DNA of 64,000 nucleotides, from positions 221,002-285,001 of the forward strand of contig JBMOKY010000001.1 in the NCBI GenBank assembly GCA_049325535.1. The letters are read 5' to 3'. This DNA is from Patescibacteria group bacterium. Its GTDB lineage: Bacteria; Patescibacteriota; Patescibacteriia; UBA10025; JAHIVO01. A model generated the notes under the pieces. It had not been told where the DNA came from. It saw only the letters and a program-made list of their open reading frames with translations, and did not search any database. The position numbers and the translations under genes are program-made. The number at the start of each line of letters is the position of its first letter. The stretch's first letter is position 1. Below are positions 47,672-57,790 of the stretch, in pieces.

Positions 47672-47914
47672 ATGGAAATTGCTGAATTACGAAAAAAGAA
47701 TGAGGCAGAATTACTAAAACTGCTGGCACACCAGCGGGAAGTGTTTCGTGATACGCGGTTTAAGGTTACTGCCAAGCAGTATAAAGATGTCCGCGATCTC
47801 CGATCGGTCAAAAAAGACATCGCTCGCATTCTGACGGTATTGAAGGAAAAACGTGTACTTCGCGAATATGAGAGCCGCACCAGCCGAAAATTAACTACTC
47901 AGCAGCCTACATAA
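47672..47914 (+). CDS. rpmC: 50S ribosomal protein L29
   Basis: ELR, KKDIARILT; position in the operon. Confidence 0.93.
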   Translation: MEIAELRKKNEAELLKLLAHQREVFRDTRFKVTAKQYKDVRDLRSVKKDIARILTVLKEKRVLREYESRTSRKLTTQQPT

Positions 47915-47916
47915 TT

Positions 47917-48156
47917 ATGAACGTTTCGCATCGCACCCTCATCGGGATCGTCACCAGTGACGCCATGGATAAAACAGTGGTTGTTTCGGTACAGTCGGTC
48001 AAGGAACATCCCAAATACCGCAAACAGTATAAAACACATAAAAAATATAAGGCCCATGACAGCAAGAATGAGTATCATGTCGGCGATCGGGTGATGATTC
48101 AGGAAGTGCGCCCCATCAGCCGTGATAAGCGATGGCGGGTAATCAATAAGGCTTAG
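47917..48156 (+). CDS. rpsQ: 30S ribosomal protein S17
   Basis: MDKTVVV, HPKY, AHD, RPISRDKRW. Confidence 0.96.
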   Translation: MNVSHRTLIGIVTSDAMDKTVVVSVQSVKEHPKYRKQYKTHKKYKAHDSKNEYHVGDRVMIQEVRPISRDKRWRVINKA

Positions 48157-48165
48157 GCGAATACT

Positions 48166-48537
48166 ATGATCCAAGTTCAAACACGATTACAAGTAGCCGA
48201 CAACACCGGTGCCAAGCGCGTTCAGGTCATCAAAGTACGTGGTGGCTATAAACGGCGATATGCCCGTATCGGCGACATCGTCACTGCGGCAGTCAAAGAA
48301 GCGGTGCCGCACGGCATGGTGAAAAAAAGTGAAGTGGTGCATATGGTGATTGTCCGCCAGCGCAAGGAGATGCGCAGGCCCGATGGCTCGTATATCCGTT
48401 TTGATGACAATGCCGGCGTGATTATTGATATGAAGTCAAAAGAACCGAAAGGGACACGTATATTTGGTCCGGTGGCACGCGAGTTGCGCGCTGGTGGCTA
48501 CATGAAGATTATTTCACTTGCCCCCGAGGTACTCTAA
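48166..48537 (+). CDS. rplN: 50S ribosomal protein L14
   Basis: [26 protein letters not shown]. Confidence 0.98.
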   Translation: MIQVQTRLQVADNTGAKRVQVIKVRGGYKRRYARIGDIVTAAVKEAVPHGMVKKSEVVHMVIVRQRKEMRRPDGSYIRFDDNAGVIIDMKSKEPKGTRIFGPVARELRAGGYMKIISLAPEVL

Positions 48538-48555
48538 GCTAGAATGAATCTTATT

Positions 48556-48855
48556 ATGCACGTCAAAAAAGGCGACAACGTAAAAATATTAACCGGTAAA
48601 GATCGCGGCAAAAAAGGAAAAGTACTGCAGGTCTTTCCGCAGCTGAACAAAGTAGTGGTCGAAGGGATCAATATGACAGTAAAAAATGTCCGTCCCAAGC
48701 AGCAGGGGCAAAAGGGTCAGGTAGTCCGTTATAATGCCCCCATCCATGCATCAAATGTTCAGCGCGTGAAGGAAGCCGCTCCAGCGCCAGCAAAGAAAAC
48801 GACGCCGGCAAAAGCCGTCGCTGCGAAAAACATGCCCGCTAAAGCTAAAGCATAA
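48556..48855 (+). CDS. rplX: 50S ribosomal protein L24; C-terminus replaced by a PAKK-rich tail (start 48544 also possible)
   Basis: KKGD.V..L.GKDRGK.G, VEGIN, PIHASNV. Confidence 0.93.
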   Translation: MHVKKGDNVKILTGKDRGKKGKVLQVFPQLNKVVVEGINMTVKNVRPKQQGQKGQVVRYNAPIHASNVQRVKEAAPAPAKKTTPAKAVAAKNMPAKAKA

Positions 48856-48857
48856 CC

Positions 48858-49406
48858 ATGTCACGTCTCAAGAAACAATTTAATAGTACTATTGCCCCGC
48901 AGATCCAGAAACAGCTGGGATACCGTAACGTCATGCAGGTGCCGCGAGTAACTAAAATCACCATCAATAGCGGTACTGGTAGGGCACTCCAGGATGAAAA
49001 ATTTCTCGACGTGGTTGAGCGGACTTTGACGCGCATCAGTGGCCAGAAGCCGGTGCGCAACAAAGCACGACAGTCGATTTCAGCTTTCAAGATTCGCGAA
49101 GGAATGATCGTCGGTTTATCCGTCACCTTGCGCGGTACCCGGATGTATGATTTCCTTGATAAGCTCATCAATGTCGCATTGGCTCGTGTCCGTGATTTTC
49201 AGGGGATCGATCCAAAGAGCGTAGACCGGACTGGTAATCTCTCCATCGGTTTCAAAGAACATACCGTATTTCCTGAGATTCGATCCGATGAAGTCGAAAC
49301 TATCCATGGACTTGAGGTTGTCATTACTACCACTGCTCGAACCCATGAGGAAGGTGTGGTGTTACTGACGGCACTGGGTGTCCCATTTAAAAAAGACAAC
49401 GCATAA
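48858..49406 (+). CDS. rplE: 50S ribosomal protein L5
   Basis: GQKP, FKIREG, VTLRG, RVRDFQG. Confidence 0.97.
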   Translation: MSRLKKQFNSTIAPQIQKQLGYRNVMQVPRVTKITINSGTGRALQDEKFLDVVERTLTRISGQKPVRNKARQSISAFKIREGMIVGLSVTLRGTRMYDFLDKLINVALARVRDFQGIDPKSVDRTGNLSIGFKEHTVFPEIRSDEVETIHGLEVVITTTARTHEEGVVLLTALGVPFKKDNA

Positions 49407-49414
49407 CCATTCGT

Positions 49415-49600
49415 ATGGCAAAAGAGTCACAAATCGCAAAATCAAGGAAGAAGCCGAAATTTTCCACCCGAAAAGTTCGCCGCTGTTGGCGCTGTGGTAG
49501 AAATCACGGGTACATGCGTGATTTTAATCTCTGTCGAATCTGCTTCCGTGAATTAGCGAACAATGCAGAGATTCCGGGCATCAAGAAGTCGAGCTGGTAA
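49415..49600 (+). CDS. rpsZ: 30S ribosomal protein S14, type Z
   Basis: RCWRCGR..LCRICFRE..PG..KSSW. Confidence 0.97.
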   Translation: MAKESQIAKSRKKPKFSTRKVRRCWRCGRNHGYMRDFNLCRICFRELANNAEIPGIKKSSW

Positions 49601-49637
49601 TATTATTTAATCGTTTTATTTCTCTTCCGCATATCGT

Positions 49638-50048
49638 ATGACCGATCCAATTGCAGACATGTTAACCCGAATACGCAATGCCATGATGGCACGGCAGCGT
49701 GAAACAGTGCTTCCGTATTCCCGCGTGAAAATGGAGATTGCCAAGATTTTGGAGCGCGAGGGGTTTGTCAGGGCCGTGGAGCGTGTCGAACCGGCAGCAG
49801 ATGCGCAGGGACGGGCTGCCTTTCCTCAGCTCCGCATCGAACTCAAGTATAAAGAAAATCAGTCGGTGCTCGGTGGTGTGAAACGAATCAGCACCCCTGG
49901 TCGCCGTGTCTACTACGGGTATCGTGAAATCCCAAAAATCCTACCCTCGCTCGGCTTACTTATCATTTCCACTTCCCAGGGCCTCAGGACGAACACAGAA
50001 GCGCGGGAACAAAAGCTCGGTGGAGAAGTAATCTGCGAGGTTTTCTAA
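49638..50048 (+). CDS. rpsH: 30S ribosomal protein S8
   Basis: DPIADMLTRIRNA, STPGRRVY, STSQG, GGEV. Confidence 0.97.
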   Translation: MTDPIADMLTRIRNAMMARQRETVLPYSRVKMEIAKILEREGFVRAVERVEPAADAQGRAAFPQLRIELKYKENQSVLGGVKRISTPGRRVYYGYREIPKILPSLGLLIISTSQGLRTNTEAREQKLGGEVICEVF

Positions 50049-50054
50049 TAGCAT

Positions 50055-50606
50055 ATGCCACGTATAGGTAAAAAACCAATTACTGTCCCATCGGGTGTCG
50101 AGGTGCGTATCCAGGGGACGCAGGTATCTGTCAAAGGGCCAAAGGGAACTTTGGAACAGCGGCTTGATGAGCGTGTGCACCTGACCTTAGCCGGTGATCA
50201 ATTGACGGTTGCCGTCGATCGTCCTGAAGAAAAAACATCACGTGAACTCTGGGGCACGTCACGGGTTTTGCTAGCCAATATGGTTATTGGTGTTACTCAG
50301 GGATTCACCAAACAATTGGAGATTAATGGTGTGGGGTATCGAGCACAGGCTTCAGGGAAGAAGATTACCCTGAATCTCGGGTATTCTCACCCTATTGAGT
50401 ATACCGTTCCCCAGGAAATCGATGTAAAAGTAGAAAAAAATGTTATTACTATCGCCGGATCCAATAAACAGTTAGTGGGGCATATCGCTGCCCAGATTCG
50501 CGATTTCCGCAAACCAGAACCATACAAAGGGAAGGGAATAAAATATATTGATGAAGTAATCCGCCGTAAGGCAGGCAAGGTAGTGAAGACTGCCGGTGCA
50601 GGATAA
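50055..50606 (+). CDS. rplF: 50S ribosomal protein L6
   Basis: RIGK.P, GVGYRA, LGYSH, PEPYKGKGI. Confidence 0.97.
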   Translation: MPRIGKKPITVPSGVEVRIQGTQVSVKGPKGTLEQRLDERVHLTLAGDQLTVAVDRPEEKTSRELWGTSRVLLANMVIGVTQGFTKQLEINGVGYRAQASGKKITLNLGYSHPIEYTVPQEIDVKVEKNVITIAGSNKQLVGHIAAQIRDFRKPEPYKGKGIKYIDEVIRRKAGKVVKTAGAG

Positions 50607-50612
50607 TAATTT

Positions 50613-50969
50613 ATGAAAAAAACAATTGCATTAAAACGAGCCCGTCGCAGCGCTCGCATCAAGCGGATCCGCGTCCGACTGAGTGGTACAGCTGAGCGAC
50701 CACGGGCGGCGGTGCACCGAAGCTTGCGACATATTAGCGTACAGCTGATTGACGATGTGCATGGCACGACACTGGCCAGTGCCCGCGATACTGAGATATC
50801 GGGCAAAAAAACCAAGACCGAAATCGCGCGAGCTGTAGGGACATTGGTAGCTGAACGGGCACTACAGGCAAAAATTAAAACGGTGGTGTTTGATCGCCGT
50901 GGCAATGCCTATCATGGCCGGGTACAAGCGGTAGCTGATGGTATGCGCGAGAAAGGATTAATATTGTAA
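50613..50969 (+). CDS. rplR: 50S ribosomal protein L18
   Basis: GT.ERPR, QLIDD, FDR.G..YHGRV. Confidence 0.96.
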   Translation: MKKTIALKRARRSARIKRIRVRLSGTAERPRAAVHRSLRHISVQLIDDVHGTTLASARDTEISGKKTKTEIARAVGTLVAERALQAKIKTVVFDRRGNAYHGRVQAVADGMREKGLIL

Positions 50970-50973
50970 ACGT

Positions 50974-51510
50974 ATGAATACAGTTACGAGGGATCCAAAC
51001 AAGAGAAATAATCAGAATCAGCGTCGTCCGCGTTCCCGTCAGGGTGACCGGGCGGATAAGGAGTTTGATCAGAAAATGATTGAAGTGGCGCGGGTGACCC
51101 GTGTCATGGCTGGTGGTAAACGTATGAGTTTTCGAGCATGCGTTGTGATTGGTGACCACAAAGGCCGTGTCGGTATGGGACTGCGCAAAGGTGCTGACGT
51201 TTCCATCGCAGTCAATAAAGCAGTGGCTGCGGCAAAAAAACAGCTGGTTCGGGTGAAGATTATCAATGATACCATTCCTCATCGCGTCGAGCAGAAATTC
51301 GGTGGCGCCCGCGTCATGCTCAAACCGGCACCAAAAGGCACCGGGATCATTGCTGGCGGTCCCGTCCGGGCAGTATTAGAGCTGGCCGGAGTGAAAAATG
51401 TCGTTTCAAAGATGCTTGGTTCGAAGAGCAAGGCGAATAATGTCTGTGCCACATTGATTGCCCTGGAAAACCTCAAGGATATTAAGCAAATCAAAAACCT
51501 TCGCGCATAA
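50974..51510 (+). CDS. rpsE: 30S ribosomal protein S5
   Basis: RVTRV..GGK, PAPKGTGIIAGG. Confidence 0.97.
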   Translation: MNTVTRDPNKRNNQNQRRPRSRQGDRADKEFDQKMIEVARVTRVMAGGKRMSFRACVVIGDHKGRVGMGLRKGADVSIAVNKAVAAAKKQLVRVKIINDTIPHRVEQKFGGARVMLKPAPKGTGIIAGGPVRAVLELAGVKNVVSKMLGSKSKANNVCATLIALENLKDIKQIKNLRA

Positions 51511-51513
51511 CGT

Positions 51514-52005
51514 ATGACACTTTCATTATCACAATTACAGAAGCCGCAACAGCGCCGGTCACGCCGGGTGGGTCGTGGCAATGGCTCGGGTCGTGGCACC
51601 TACTCAGGTCGCGGGCTCAAGGGTCAAAAATCACGGTCCGGCGGCACCAATAAGCTGAAACGGCGCGGAGTAAAACAATTCCTCCAGCAAATTCCTAAGT
51701 CGCGCGGGTTTCAAAGTCCGTATTCCGGACACACCGGGGTAAATATCCACCAGCTAGAGAAAGTCTTTACTGACGGCAGCCAGGTGAATCCATCGCGGAT
51801 GTTCCAGCTGGGTTTGGTCAAGAGCGTGAGAATGATAAAGATCCTTGGAAGCGGTACGCTGAGCAAAAAATTAGCTGTCCGCGCGCACGCCTTTTCGGCC
51901 AGTGCCCGTGAAGCCATTACCAAGGCAGGGGGAACCGCAGAGGTTATTCATATCGTGAGGTCAGCCCCCAAAAAACACCAAGAGCGAAAACAAGAAGCCG
52001 CTTAG
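51514..52005 (+). CDS. rplO: 50S ribosomal protein L15
   Basis: RVGRG.GSG.G..SGRG.KGQKSRSG, KILG.G; follows rpsE directly with no rpmD. Confidence 0.96.
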   Translation: MTLSLSQLQKPQQRRSRRVGRGNGSGRGTYSGRGLKGQKSRSGGTNKLKRRGVKQFLQQIPKSRGFQSPYSGHTGVNIHQLEKVFTDGSQVNPSRMFQLGLVKSVRMIKILGSGTLSKKLAVRAHAFSASAREAITKAGGTAEVIHIVRSAPKKHQERKQEAA

Positions 52006-52020
52006 TGAAATATTAATTCT

Positions 52021-53295
52021 ATGTGGGAAAAGCTGAGACAGCTCTGGAAGATTAAAGATCTGCGCAATAAGATTCTTTTTGTGCTGGGTATGTTATTTAT
52101 TTTCCGGGTAGTTGCGCACATTCCCATTCCGGGTGTCAATTTGGAAAATTTACAGAACTTTTTTCAGTCGAACCAGCTACTCGGCCTGCTGAATATTTTT
52201 TCTGGCGGTGGCATGGAAAATTTTTCTGTGGTCATGCTGGGTATCTCACCATACATTACGGCCTCAATCATATTCCAACTGCTGACCATGGTCATCCCCA
52301 AACTGGAAGAGATGCAAAAGGAAGGCGAGGCCGGCCGGGCAAAATTGAATCAGTATCAGCGCTTATTGACCGTGCCATTAGCCGCTTTGTCAGCGTATGG
52401 CATGATTACTTTTTTGAATCAATCCGGCCAGGGCATCATTGCCGATATGGGCATGTACCAGCTGATTGTCACTATTATTACTATCACAGGTGGTACCATG
52501 TTCCTGATGTGGATCGGGGAATTGATCACGGAGAAAAAGATTGGCAATGGCATCTCATTGCTCATTTTTGCCGGAATCGTCGCCCGCGCTCCTATTTCAG
52601 TACAGCAGACAATCGCGACATTTGATCCGTCTCAACTCCCGCTATACATCGCATTTTTAGTGGTTGGGGTAATTACGATCGCCGCGGTGGTCATCGTTAC
52701 TGAAGGCAAACGCAATATTCCCGTGTCATATGCCAAACGTATTCGCGGTATGCGCATGTATGGCGGGGTCAATACCCATTTGCCTTTGCGGGTAAACCAA
52801 GCCGGCGTTATCCCGATCATTTTTGCCGTGTCGATAGTCCTCTTTCCTCCGATGATTGCTCAATTTTTTGTAAATTCACCAGTTGCCTGGTTGGCGGGCG
52901 CGGCCGCGTTTATTGTGTCAGTATTTGCCAATCAATTATTCTATGGTGTGCTGTATTTTATTCTGGTTGTAGCTTTTACGTATTTTTATACCGCAGTGGT
53001 TTTTCACCCGACACAGATTGCTGAGAATCTGCAGAAGCAGGGTGGGTTTATTCCGGGGATCCGACCCGGTCACCCCACCTCGGATTTTCTGAGCTATGTC
53101 AGCAACCGGATCATCCTCGGGGGAGCCCTGTTCCTCGGTATCGTGGCTATACTGCCAAATGTAGTACAGGCTGCCACCGGAATTCAATCGCTGGTCATCG
53201 GCGGCACCGGGTTATTGATCGTAGTTTCAGTGGTGATCGAGATCGTCAAACAGGTAGAATCGCAGTTGGTGATGCGGAACTACGAGGGGTTTTAG
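52021..53295 (+). CDS. secY: Preprotein translocase SecY
   Basis: LGISPYITASII, GNGISL.IF, GVIPIIFA, IPGIRPG. Confidence 0.98.
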   Translation: MWEKLRQLWKIKDLRNKILFVLGMLFIFRVVAHIPIPGVNLENLQNFFQSNQLLGLLNIFSGGGMENFSVVMLGISPYITASIIFQLLTMVIPKLEEMQKEGEAGRAKLNQYQRLLTVPLAALSAYGMITFLNQSGQGIIADMGMYQLIVTIITITGGTMFLMWIGELITEKKIGNGISLLIFAGIVARAPISVQQTIATFDPSQLPLYIAFLVVGVITIAAVVIVTEGKRNIPVSYAKRIRGMRMYGGVNTHLPLRVNQAGVIPIIFAVSIVLFPPMIAQFFVNSPVAWLAGAAAFIVSVFANQLFYGVLYFILVVAFTYFYTAVVFHPTQIAENLQKQGGFIPGIRPGHPTSDFLSYVSNRIILGGALFLGIVAILPNVVQAATGIQSLVIGGTGLLIVVSVVIEIVKQVESQLVMRNYEGF

Positions 53296-53381
53296 TATCA
53301 CCGTAAGCCGTAACGAAGTGACGGGTCGCCGGGCAGTATTCAGCGCTCGTTTTTTTATGTGATATTGAGTATACTACCAAT

Positions 53382-53957
53382 ATGCGACATCAATTGTATA
53401 CTATGGTAATCCTCGGGCCCCAGGGTTCGGGCAAGGGAACACAGGCGGAAATATTAGCACGTCGTTTCCACCTCCACCATATAGATATGGGCCAGCTCTT
53501 GCGTCGGTTCGTCCGTAGTCGCCATCCACAGGCAGCGCGCGTCCGCCAGATAATGAATGAGGGTCGCGGACTTGTCCCGAGCAGCCTGGTCATTCAAATC
53601 CTTCATCAAGCGGTGCGCCGTATTCCGGCGTCACAGGGCTTACTGTTCGATGGTTTTCCGCGTAATGGCGTCCAGGCGCGGGCGCTGGACCGGCTGCTCC
53701 GACAGCAGCACCGGACCATAACCCATGTGTTCTACTTGCCGATTTCCGCAGCCACAACGGTACGTCGGCTGGCTTTGCGGCATCGGGAAGATGATACGCC
53801 GACGGCGATTCGGCGCCGGTTGGCTACTTACCGCAAGCAGACGAAACCAATAATCGCGTATTACCGTACTCGGGGTGTGCTCATTACGGTCAATGGTGAA
53901 CCGGCCATACCAATTGTTACCCGATCCATTATGAAGTACATAGCATCCCGATCATGA
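53382..53957 (+). CDS. adk: Adenylate kinase, short-LID type
   Basis: GPQGSGKGTQA, DGFPR, R.DD; TATACT 6 nt before the ATG (leaderless). Confidence 0.9.
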   Translation: MRHQLYTMVILGPQGSGKGTQAEILARRFHLHHIDMGQLLRRFVRSRHPQAARVRQIMNEGRGLVPSSLVIQILHQAVRRIPASQGLLFDGFPRNGVQARALDRLLRQQHRTITHVFYLPISAATTVRRLALRHREDDTPTAIRRRLATYRKQTKPIIAYYRTRGVLITVNGEPAIPIVTRSIMKYIASRS

Positions 53958-54700
53958 AACTAAAGACCGAGCGGGAAATCAAAATACTACGGGAGGGTGG
54001 TAAGCGTTTGGCACATGTCATCGGAGTGGTGGCCCAAGCGGTGGCTCCGGGCGTGGCCACGGCGGAGCTTGATGCAATCGCCGAACGTGAAATTAACCGT
54101 CTTGACTGTCGTCCTGCGTTTAAAGGGTACAGCGGATATCCGGCTACCGCTTGCGTATCAGTCAATAATCAGGTGGTCCATGGCATCCCCCAGGCTGATA
54201 TTTTTTTAGAAACTGGCGACATTGTCGGCATCGATCTCGGGTTGGTATACGAAAAACTTTATACTGATATGGCATTGACCGTGCCGGTGGGCGTGGTTTC
54301 TGATCGAGCCGCACAGCTGATCGATGCTACCCGCATCGCCCTGGAGCGGGGGATCGCCGCTGCCCAGCCGGGCGGCCGGGTAGGCGATATCGGACACGCG
54401 GTAGAGTCATACGCCACCAGCCGGGGTTTTAGCGTGGTGCGACAGCTGGTTGGCCATGGGGTGGGGTATCAGGTGCATGAGCCGCCGCAGGTTCCGAATT
54501 ATGGCCGGTCTGGTACTGGCCCGGAGCTGGCACCTGGTTTGGTGATTGCCATCGAGCCGATGCTGAATTTGGGAACGGCGGATGTGGAAACGCTTGAAGA
54601 CGGATGGACAATCGTGACCACGGATGGGGAATGGTCAGCGCATTTTGAACATACCATTGCCATTACCCGCCAGGGGCCGCTCATCATTACTGCACCATAG
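53954..54700 (+). CDS. map: Methionine aminopeptidase type I
   Basis: VHGIP, GHGVG..HE.P, AIEPM, SAHFEHT. Confidence 0.97.
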   Translation: MKLKTEREIKILREGGKRLAHVIGVVAQAVAPGVATAELDAIAEREINRLDCRPAFKGYSGYPATACVSVNNQVVHGIPQADIFLETGDIVGIDLGLVYEKLYTDMALTVPVGVVSDRAAQLIDATRIALERGIAAAQPGGRVGDIGHAVESYATSRGFSVVRQLVGHGVGYQVHEPPQVPNYGRSGTGPELAPGLVIAIEPMLNLGTADVETLEDGWTIVTTDGEWSAHFEHTIAITRQGPLIITAP

Positions 54701-54702
54701 CT

Positions 54703-55128
54703 ATGGCGCGCATCCTCGGTATCGATTATGGATTACAGCGTGTCGGGGTAGCTATTTCAGATGAATCAAATAATTCAGCTTTTCCCCGCACGACCCTCCA
54801 GCGCACAGACGATCAGTCAATTATTGCTCGACTGCAGACCATGTGTGATACGGACGATATCGGTACGATAGTACTGGGTCTGCCGCTCGACCAGCATGGG
54901 GAGGAGGGACCGATGGCACAAACGGTACGCGCATTTGGAGTGGCGCTGAGCCAGGCGACCGGAGTACACGTCGCCTATCAGGATGAACGGCTGACCTCCC
55001 GACTATCCACTCAGTTGCTGCACGGGGCGGGCCGTTCTGCTCGTCAGCAGCGCGGCGGGCAGACCGATGCTATAGCAGCGCAGCAAATATTACAAACCTA
55101 TCTTGATCGATGCCATGAATCTGCTTAG
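54703..55128 (+). CDS. yqgF: YqgF/RuvX pre-16S rRNA nuclease
   Basis: ILGIDYG..RVGVAISD, GLP, DERLTS, D..AA..ILQ.YL. Confidence 0.93.
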   Translation: MARILGIDYGLQRVGVAISDESNNSAFPRTTLQRTDDQSIIARLQTMCDTDDIGTIVLGLPLDQHGEEGPMAQTVRAFGVALSQATGVHVAYQDERLTSRLSTQLLHGAGRSARQQRGGQTDAIAAQQILQTYLDRCHESA

Positions 55129-56233
55129 CACCAGCGCGTATATCATGCCGTTTGTCATATCCGTGGCGGTTGCTGTGGGGATGACGGTTGTGGTCCGCTG
55201 GTGGGCCGTGCGGCAGGGTATTGTTGATCGACCCGAGACCGCACCAGAGCGCAAATTACAGCCCGCGCCGGTACCATTACTTGGCGGCTTGGCGATTTTC
55301 ATTACGTTGGTTATAGTAGTCGGCGGGTATGCGGTTTTTTCTGATCGGCTACTCGGCGGGTATTTGCATCCAAAATACCTTTGGGGCATGTTCCTGGCTG
55401 GGGGGCTGCTCATGTTGGGTGGGTATCTGGACGATCGATATAACCGTTCACCGGCAAAACAGATCATATGGCCGATACTGGCTACTCTGGTGGTCATCGC
55501 TTCGGGGATTGGCGTGACCTACATAACCAATCCCCTTGGTGGGGTTCTATATCTTGATGGCTGGAATATAAAAATTTTTTCGCTGGGCGGAATACCCTAT
55601 TTCATCGTCATTGCGGCAGACCTGTTTACCCTGGTTTGGTTGATGGGCATGATGTATACTACGAAATTTCTCGACGGGCTGGACGGGCTTGTTTCGGGCA
55701 TCACGACTATTGGCGCCATCGTACTTTTTTTTCTGAGTATTCATCAGGAAGTTGCCCAACCAGAGACGGCGCTGCTTGCGGTGATTTTGGCAGGTGCCTG
55801 TGTCGGATTTTTATTGTTTAATTTCCATCCGGCAAAAATGTATTTGGGTGAGGGAGGAAGTTTACTCACTGGCTTCATGCTCGGGGTACTTGCCATCATT
55901 TCTGGAGCAAAAATTGCCACCGCCGTACTGATTATGGGTATACCGATACTGGATGTCGCCTGGGTAATCGTCCGCCGTCTGTGGCGCGGTGCATCACCCT
56001 TCCGTACGGCTGACACCACGCATCTCCATTTTCGCCTGATGGATGCCGGCTTATCACATCGACAGGTAGTGCTGCTGCTGTACGTTTTGACCGCGGCTTT
56101 TGGCGGTACAGCCATATTCCTCAGCAATAGCCAGGAGAAATTTACCGCGCTACTTGTTTTATGTGGGGTGATGATTGTACTTGGCGTGCTGATCGTAGTA
56201 CAATACCGACATAAGCACCGTAACACGCCATAG
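55115..56233 (+). CDS. WecA/TagO-like undecaprenyl-phosphate GlcNAc-1-P transferase (MraY superfamily)
   Basis: P.LGGLAIF, G.LDD, DGLDGL, FNFHPAK.YLG, HLH; usual N and D residues replaced (YTTKF, LGEGG). Confidence 0.88.
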   Translation: MNLLSTSAYIMPFVISVAVAVGMTVVVRWWAVRQGIVDRPETAPERKLQPAPVPLLGGLAIFITLVIVVGGYAVFSDRLLGGYLHPKYLWGMFLAGGLLMLGGYLDDRYNRSPAKQIIWPILATLVVIASGIGVTYITNPLGGVLYLDGWNIKIFSLGGIPYFIVIAADLFTLVWLMGMMYTTKFLDGLDGLVSGITTIGAIVLFFLSIHQEVAQPETALLAVILAGACVGFLLFNFHPAKMYLGEGGSLLTGFMLGVLAIISGAKIATAVLIMGIPILDVAWVIVRRLWRGASPFRTADTTHLHFRLMDAGLSHRQVVLLLYVLTAAFGGTAIFLSNSQEKFTALLVLCGVMIVLGVLIVVQYRHKHRNTP

Positions 56234-56234
56234 T

Positions 56235-56717
56235 ATGAACAAGCGAAGCATGTGGACGTTTGTGATGATTGCGGCGATTTTGGTGATGATACTCTGGGCG
56301 GTTGGCGGGTGGCGAATTACCGATTATGTCCCCTATTACTGGAAGTGGGTTGTCGGGCAGACGGCAACAGTACAGATTGGCCCGAGTGTCGTCCATGCGG
56401 AGGTGGCGGCGAGTCAGGATGCTCAAATAGCCGGTTTATCCGGGCGGTCATATCTGCCGATCGATCGAGGTATGCTTTTTACCTTTGCTACGCCCGGGTC
56501 ATACGCATTTACGATGCGGGGTATGGAGTTCCCCTTGGACATTATTTGGATTAATCAGGGGACTATCGTTCACATCGCGCACCGAGTCCCCCCGGGGCAG
56601 GAGACCATCGATCCGGGGGTGACCGCTACTGAGGTGCTCGAGGTGCGTTCTGGCACTGCCCGGGGCGCCGGCTGGAGGGTTGGCGATTCCGTGGCAATCA
56701 CTTTTGACAAAAAATAG
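56235..56717 (+). CDS. DUF192-family membrane-anchored protein
   Basis: EVA, GLS.R, GMLF.F, M....FPLDIIW, VLEV..G. Confidence 0.88.
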   Translation: MNKRSMWTFVMIAAILVMILWAVGGWRITDYVPYYWKWVVGQTATVQIGPSVVHAEVAASQDAQIAGLSGRSYLPIDRGMLFTFATPGSYAFTMRGMEFPLDIIWINQGTIVHIAHRVPPGQETIDPGVTATEVLEVRSGTARGAGWRVGDSVAITFDKK

Positions 56718-56732
56718 GCACTTTGCTAGTAT
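56704..56732 (+). promoter_or_regulatory. rplU promoter
   Basis: TTGACA-17nt-TAGTAT with TGn. Confidence 0.7.
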
Positions 56733-56805
56733 TGGTGATACCTATGGAGTCAGCATGGGTCTTGATTGATGATTGCATTACTACCATTTTATATTAATTT
56801 CGATT

Positions 56806-57126
56806 ATGAAATTTGCCATTATCCGTACCGGCGGAAAACAGTATCCGGTTCATGAGGGGCGTCAGATTACCATAGAAAAACTTCCCACCGCTGCGGGTAA
56901 AAGCGTGACATTTTCTGATGTGTTGCTGTATGCAGACGGCAAGCAAACCGTGCTCGGCACCCCGAAAGTAGCGCAAGCGTCAGTGACCGGTACGGTTGTC
57001 GTGCAGCAGCGGGCGCCGAAGGTTCGCGTTGTGAAGTATAAAAATAAAACCCGCTACCGCCGCGTTATCGGCCACCGTCAGTATCAGACGAAGGTCAAGA
57101 TTGAGAAGATATCACACAGCGCATAA
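56806..57126 (+). CDS. rplU: 50S ribosomal protein L21
   Basis: AII.TGGKQY.V, G.P, GHRQ. Confidence 0.96.
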   Translation: MKFAIIRTGGKQYPVHEGRQITIEKLPTAAGKSVTFSDVLLYADGKQTVLGTPKVAQASVTGTVVVQQRAPKVRVVKYKNKTRYRRVIGHRQYQTKVKIEKISHSA

Positions 57127-57134
57127 TTCTATAC

Positions 57135-57165
57135 AAAAAATCGCTTCCATCCGGAGCGATTTTTT
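57135..57165. terminator. Bidirectional terminator between rplU and recR
   Basis: AAAAAATCGCTTC-N5-GGAGCGATTTTTT. Confidence 0.75.
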
Positions 57166-57184
57166 AGTCGCACGAAATACCTGA

Positions 57185-57790
57185 TTACATCTTTTGTCGG
57201 CCTTTGAGCGCGTTGGAGATAGTTACTTCGTCGGCATATTCGATAGTTGCGCCCATGGGCAGGCCTTTGGCGAGGCGACTGATGGTAATCGGCAATGATC
57301 TGAGCTGGCGATGGAGGTACATGGCAGTTGATTCGCCCTCAAGGTCTGGATTGGTAGCGATGATCACTTCGCGAATCGGAGGGGTGCTGTTTTTGATGCG
57401 GTCGATCAGTGAAGCGATACGCAGTTTGTCTGGTGTCATATTATCCGCTGGATCGATTACCCCGCCCAGTACATGGTAGCGTCCACGGAAATCCCCAGAT
57501 TTATCGATAATGGTGATATCCTGCGGTTCAGCTACGATGCAGAGCAGGGTGGTATCACGCGCTGAATCATTACAAATATGGCAGGGATTCTGCACGGCGA
57601 TATTGCCGCATTGATCACACACGCGGATTTCGCTGCGGATGCGGGTGAGCTGCGTCACCAGTGTATCAATCGGCCCCGAACCATTTTTTACCAAATAAAA
57701 AACTAGGCGCTCGGCGGATTTAGGACCCAATCCCGGCAGTCGAGCGAGGCTGGCGATTGCTTGTTTGATTTGTTCGGGGTAGTCAGTCAT
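57185..57790 (-). CDS. recR: Recombination mediator RecR
   Basis: LPGLGPKSAER, C4 Zn finger, YHVLGG, EGESTA, EYADE.T. Confidence 0.97.
   Translation of the reverse strand: MTDYPEQIKQAIASLARLPGLGPKSAERLVFYLVKNGSGPIDTLVTQLTRIRSEIRVCDQCGNIAVQNPCHICNDSARDTTLLCIVAEPQDITIIDKSGDFRGRYHVLGGVIDPADNMTPDKLRIASLIDRIKNSTPPIREVIIATNPDLEGESTAMYLHRQLRSLPITISRLAKGLPMGATIEYADEVTISNALKGRQKM

Noticed and set aside
56733-56790. L21 leader RNA
   Set aside because: Only a 7-bp hairpin (ACCTATG/CATGGGT) lies within the predicted transcript, which is too little to assign.
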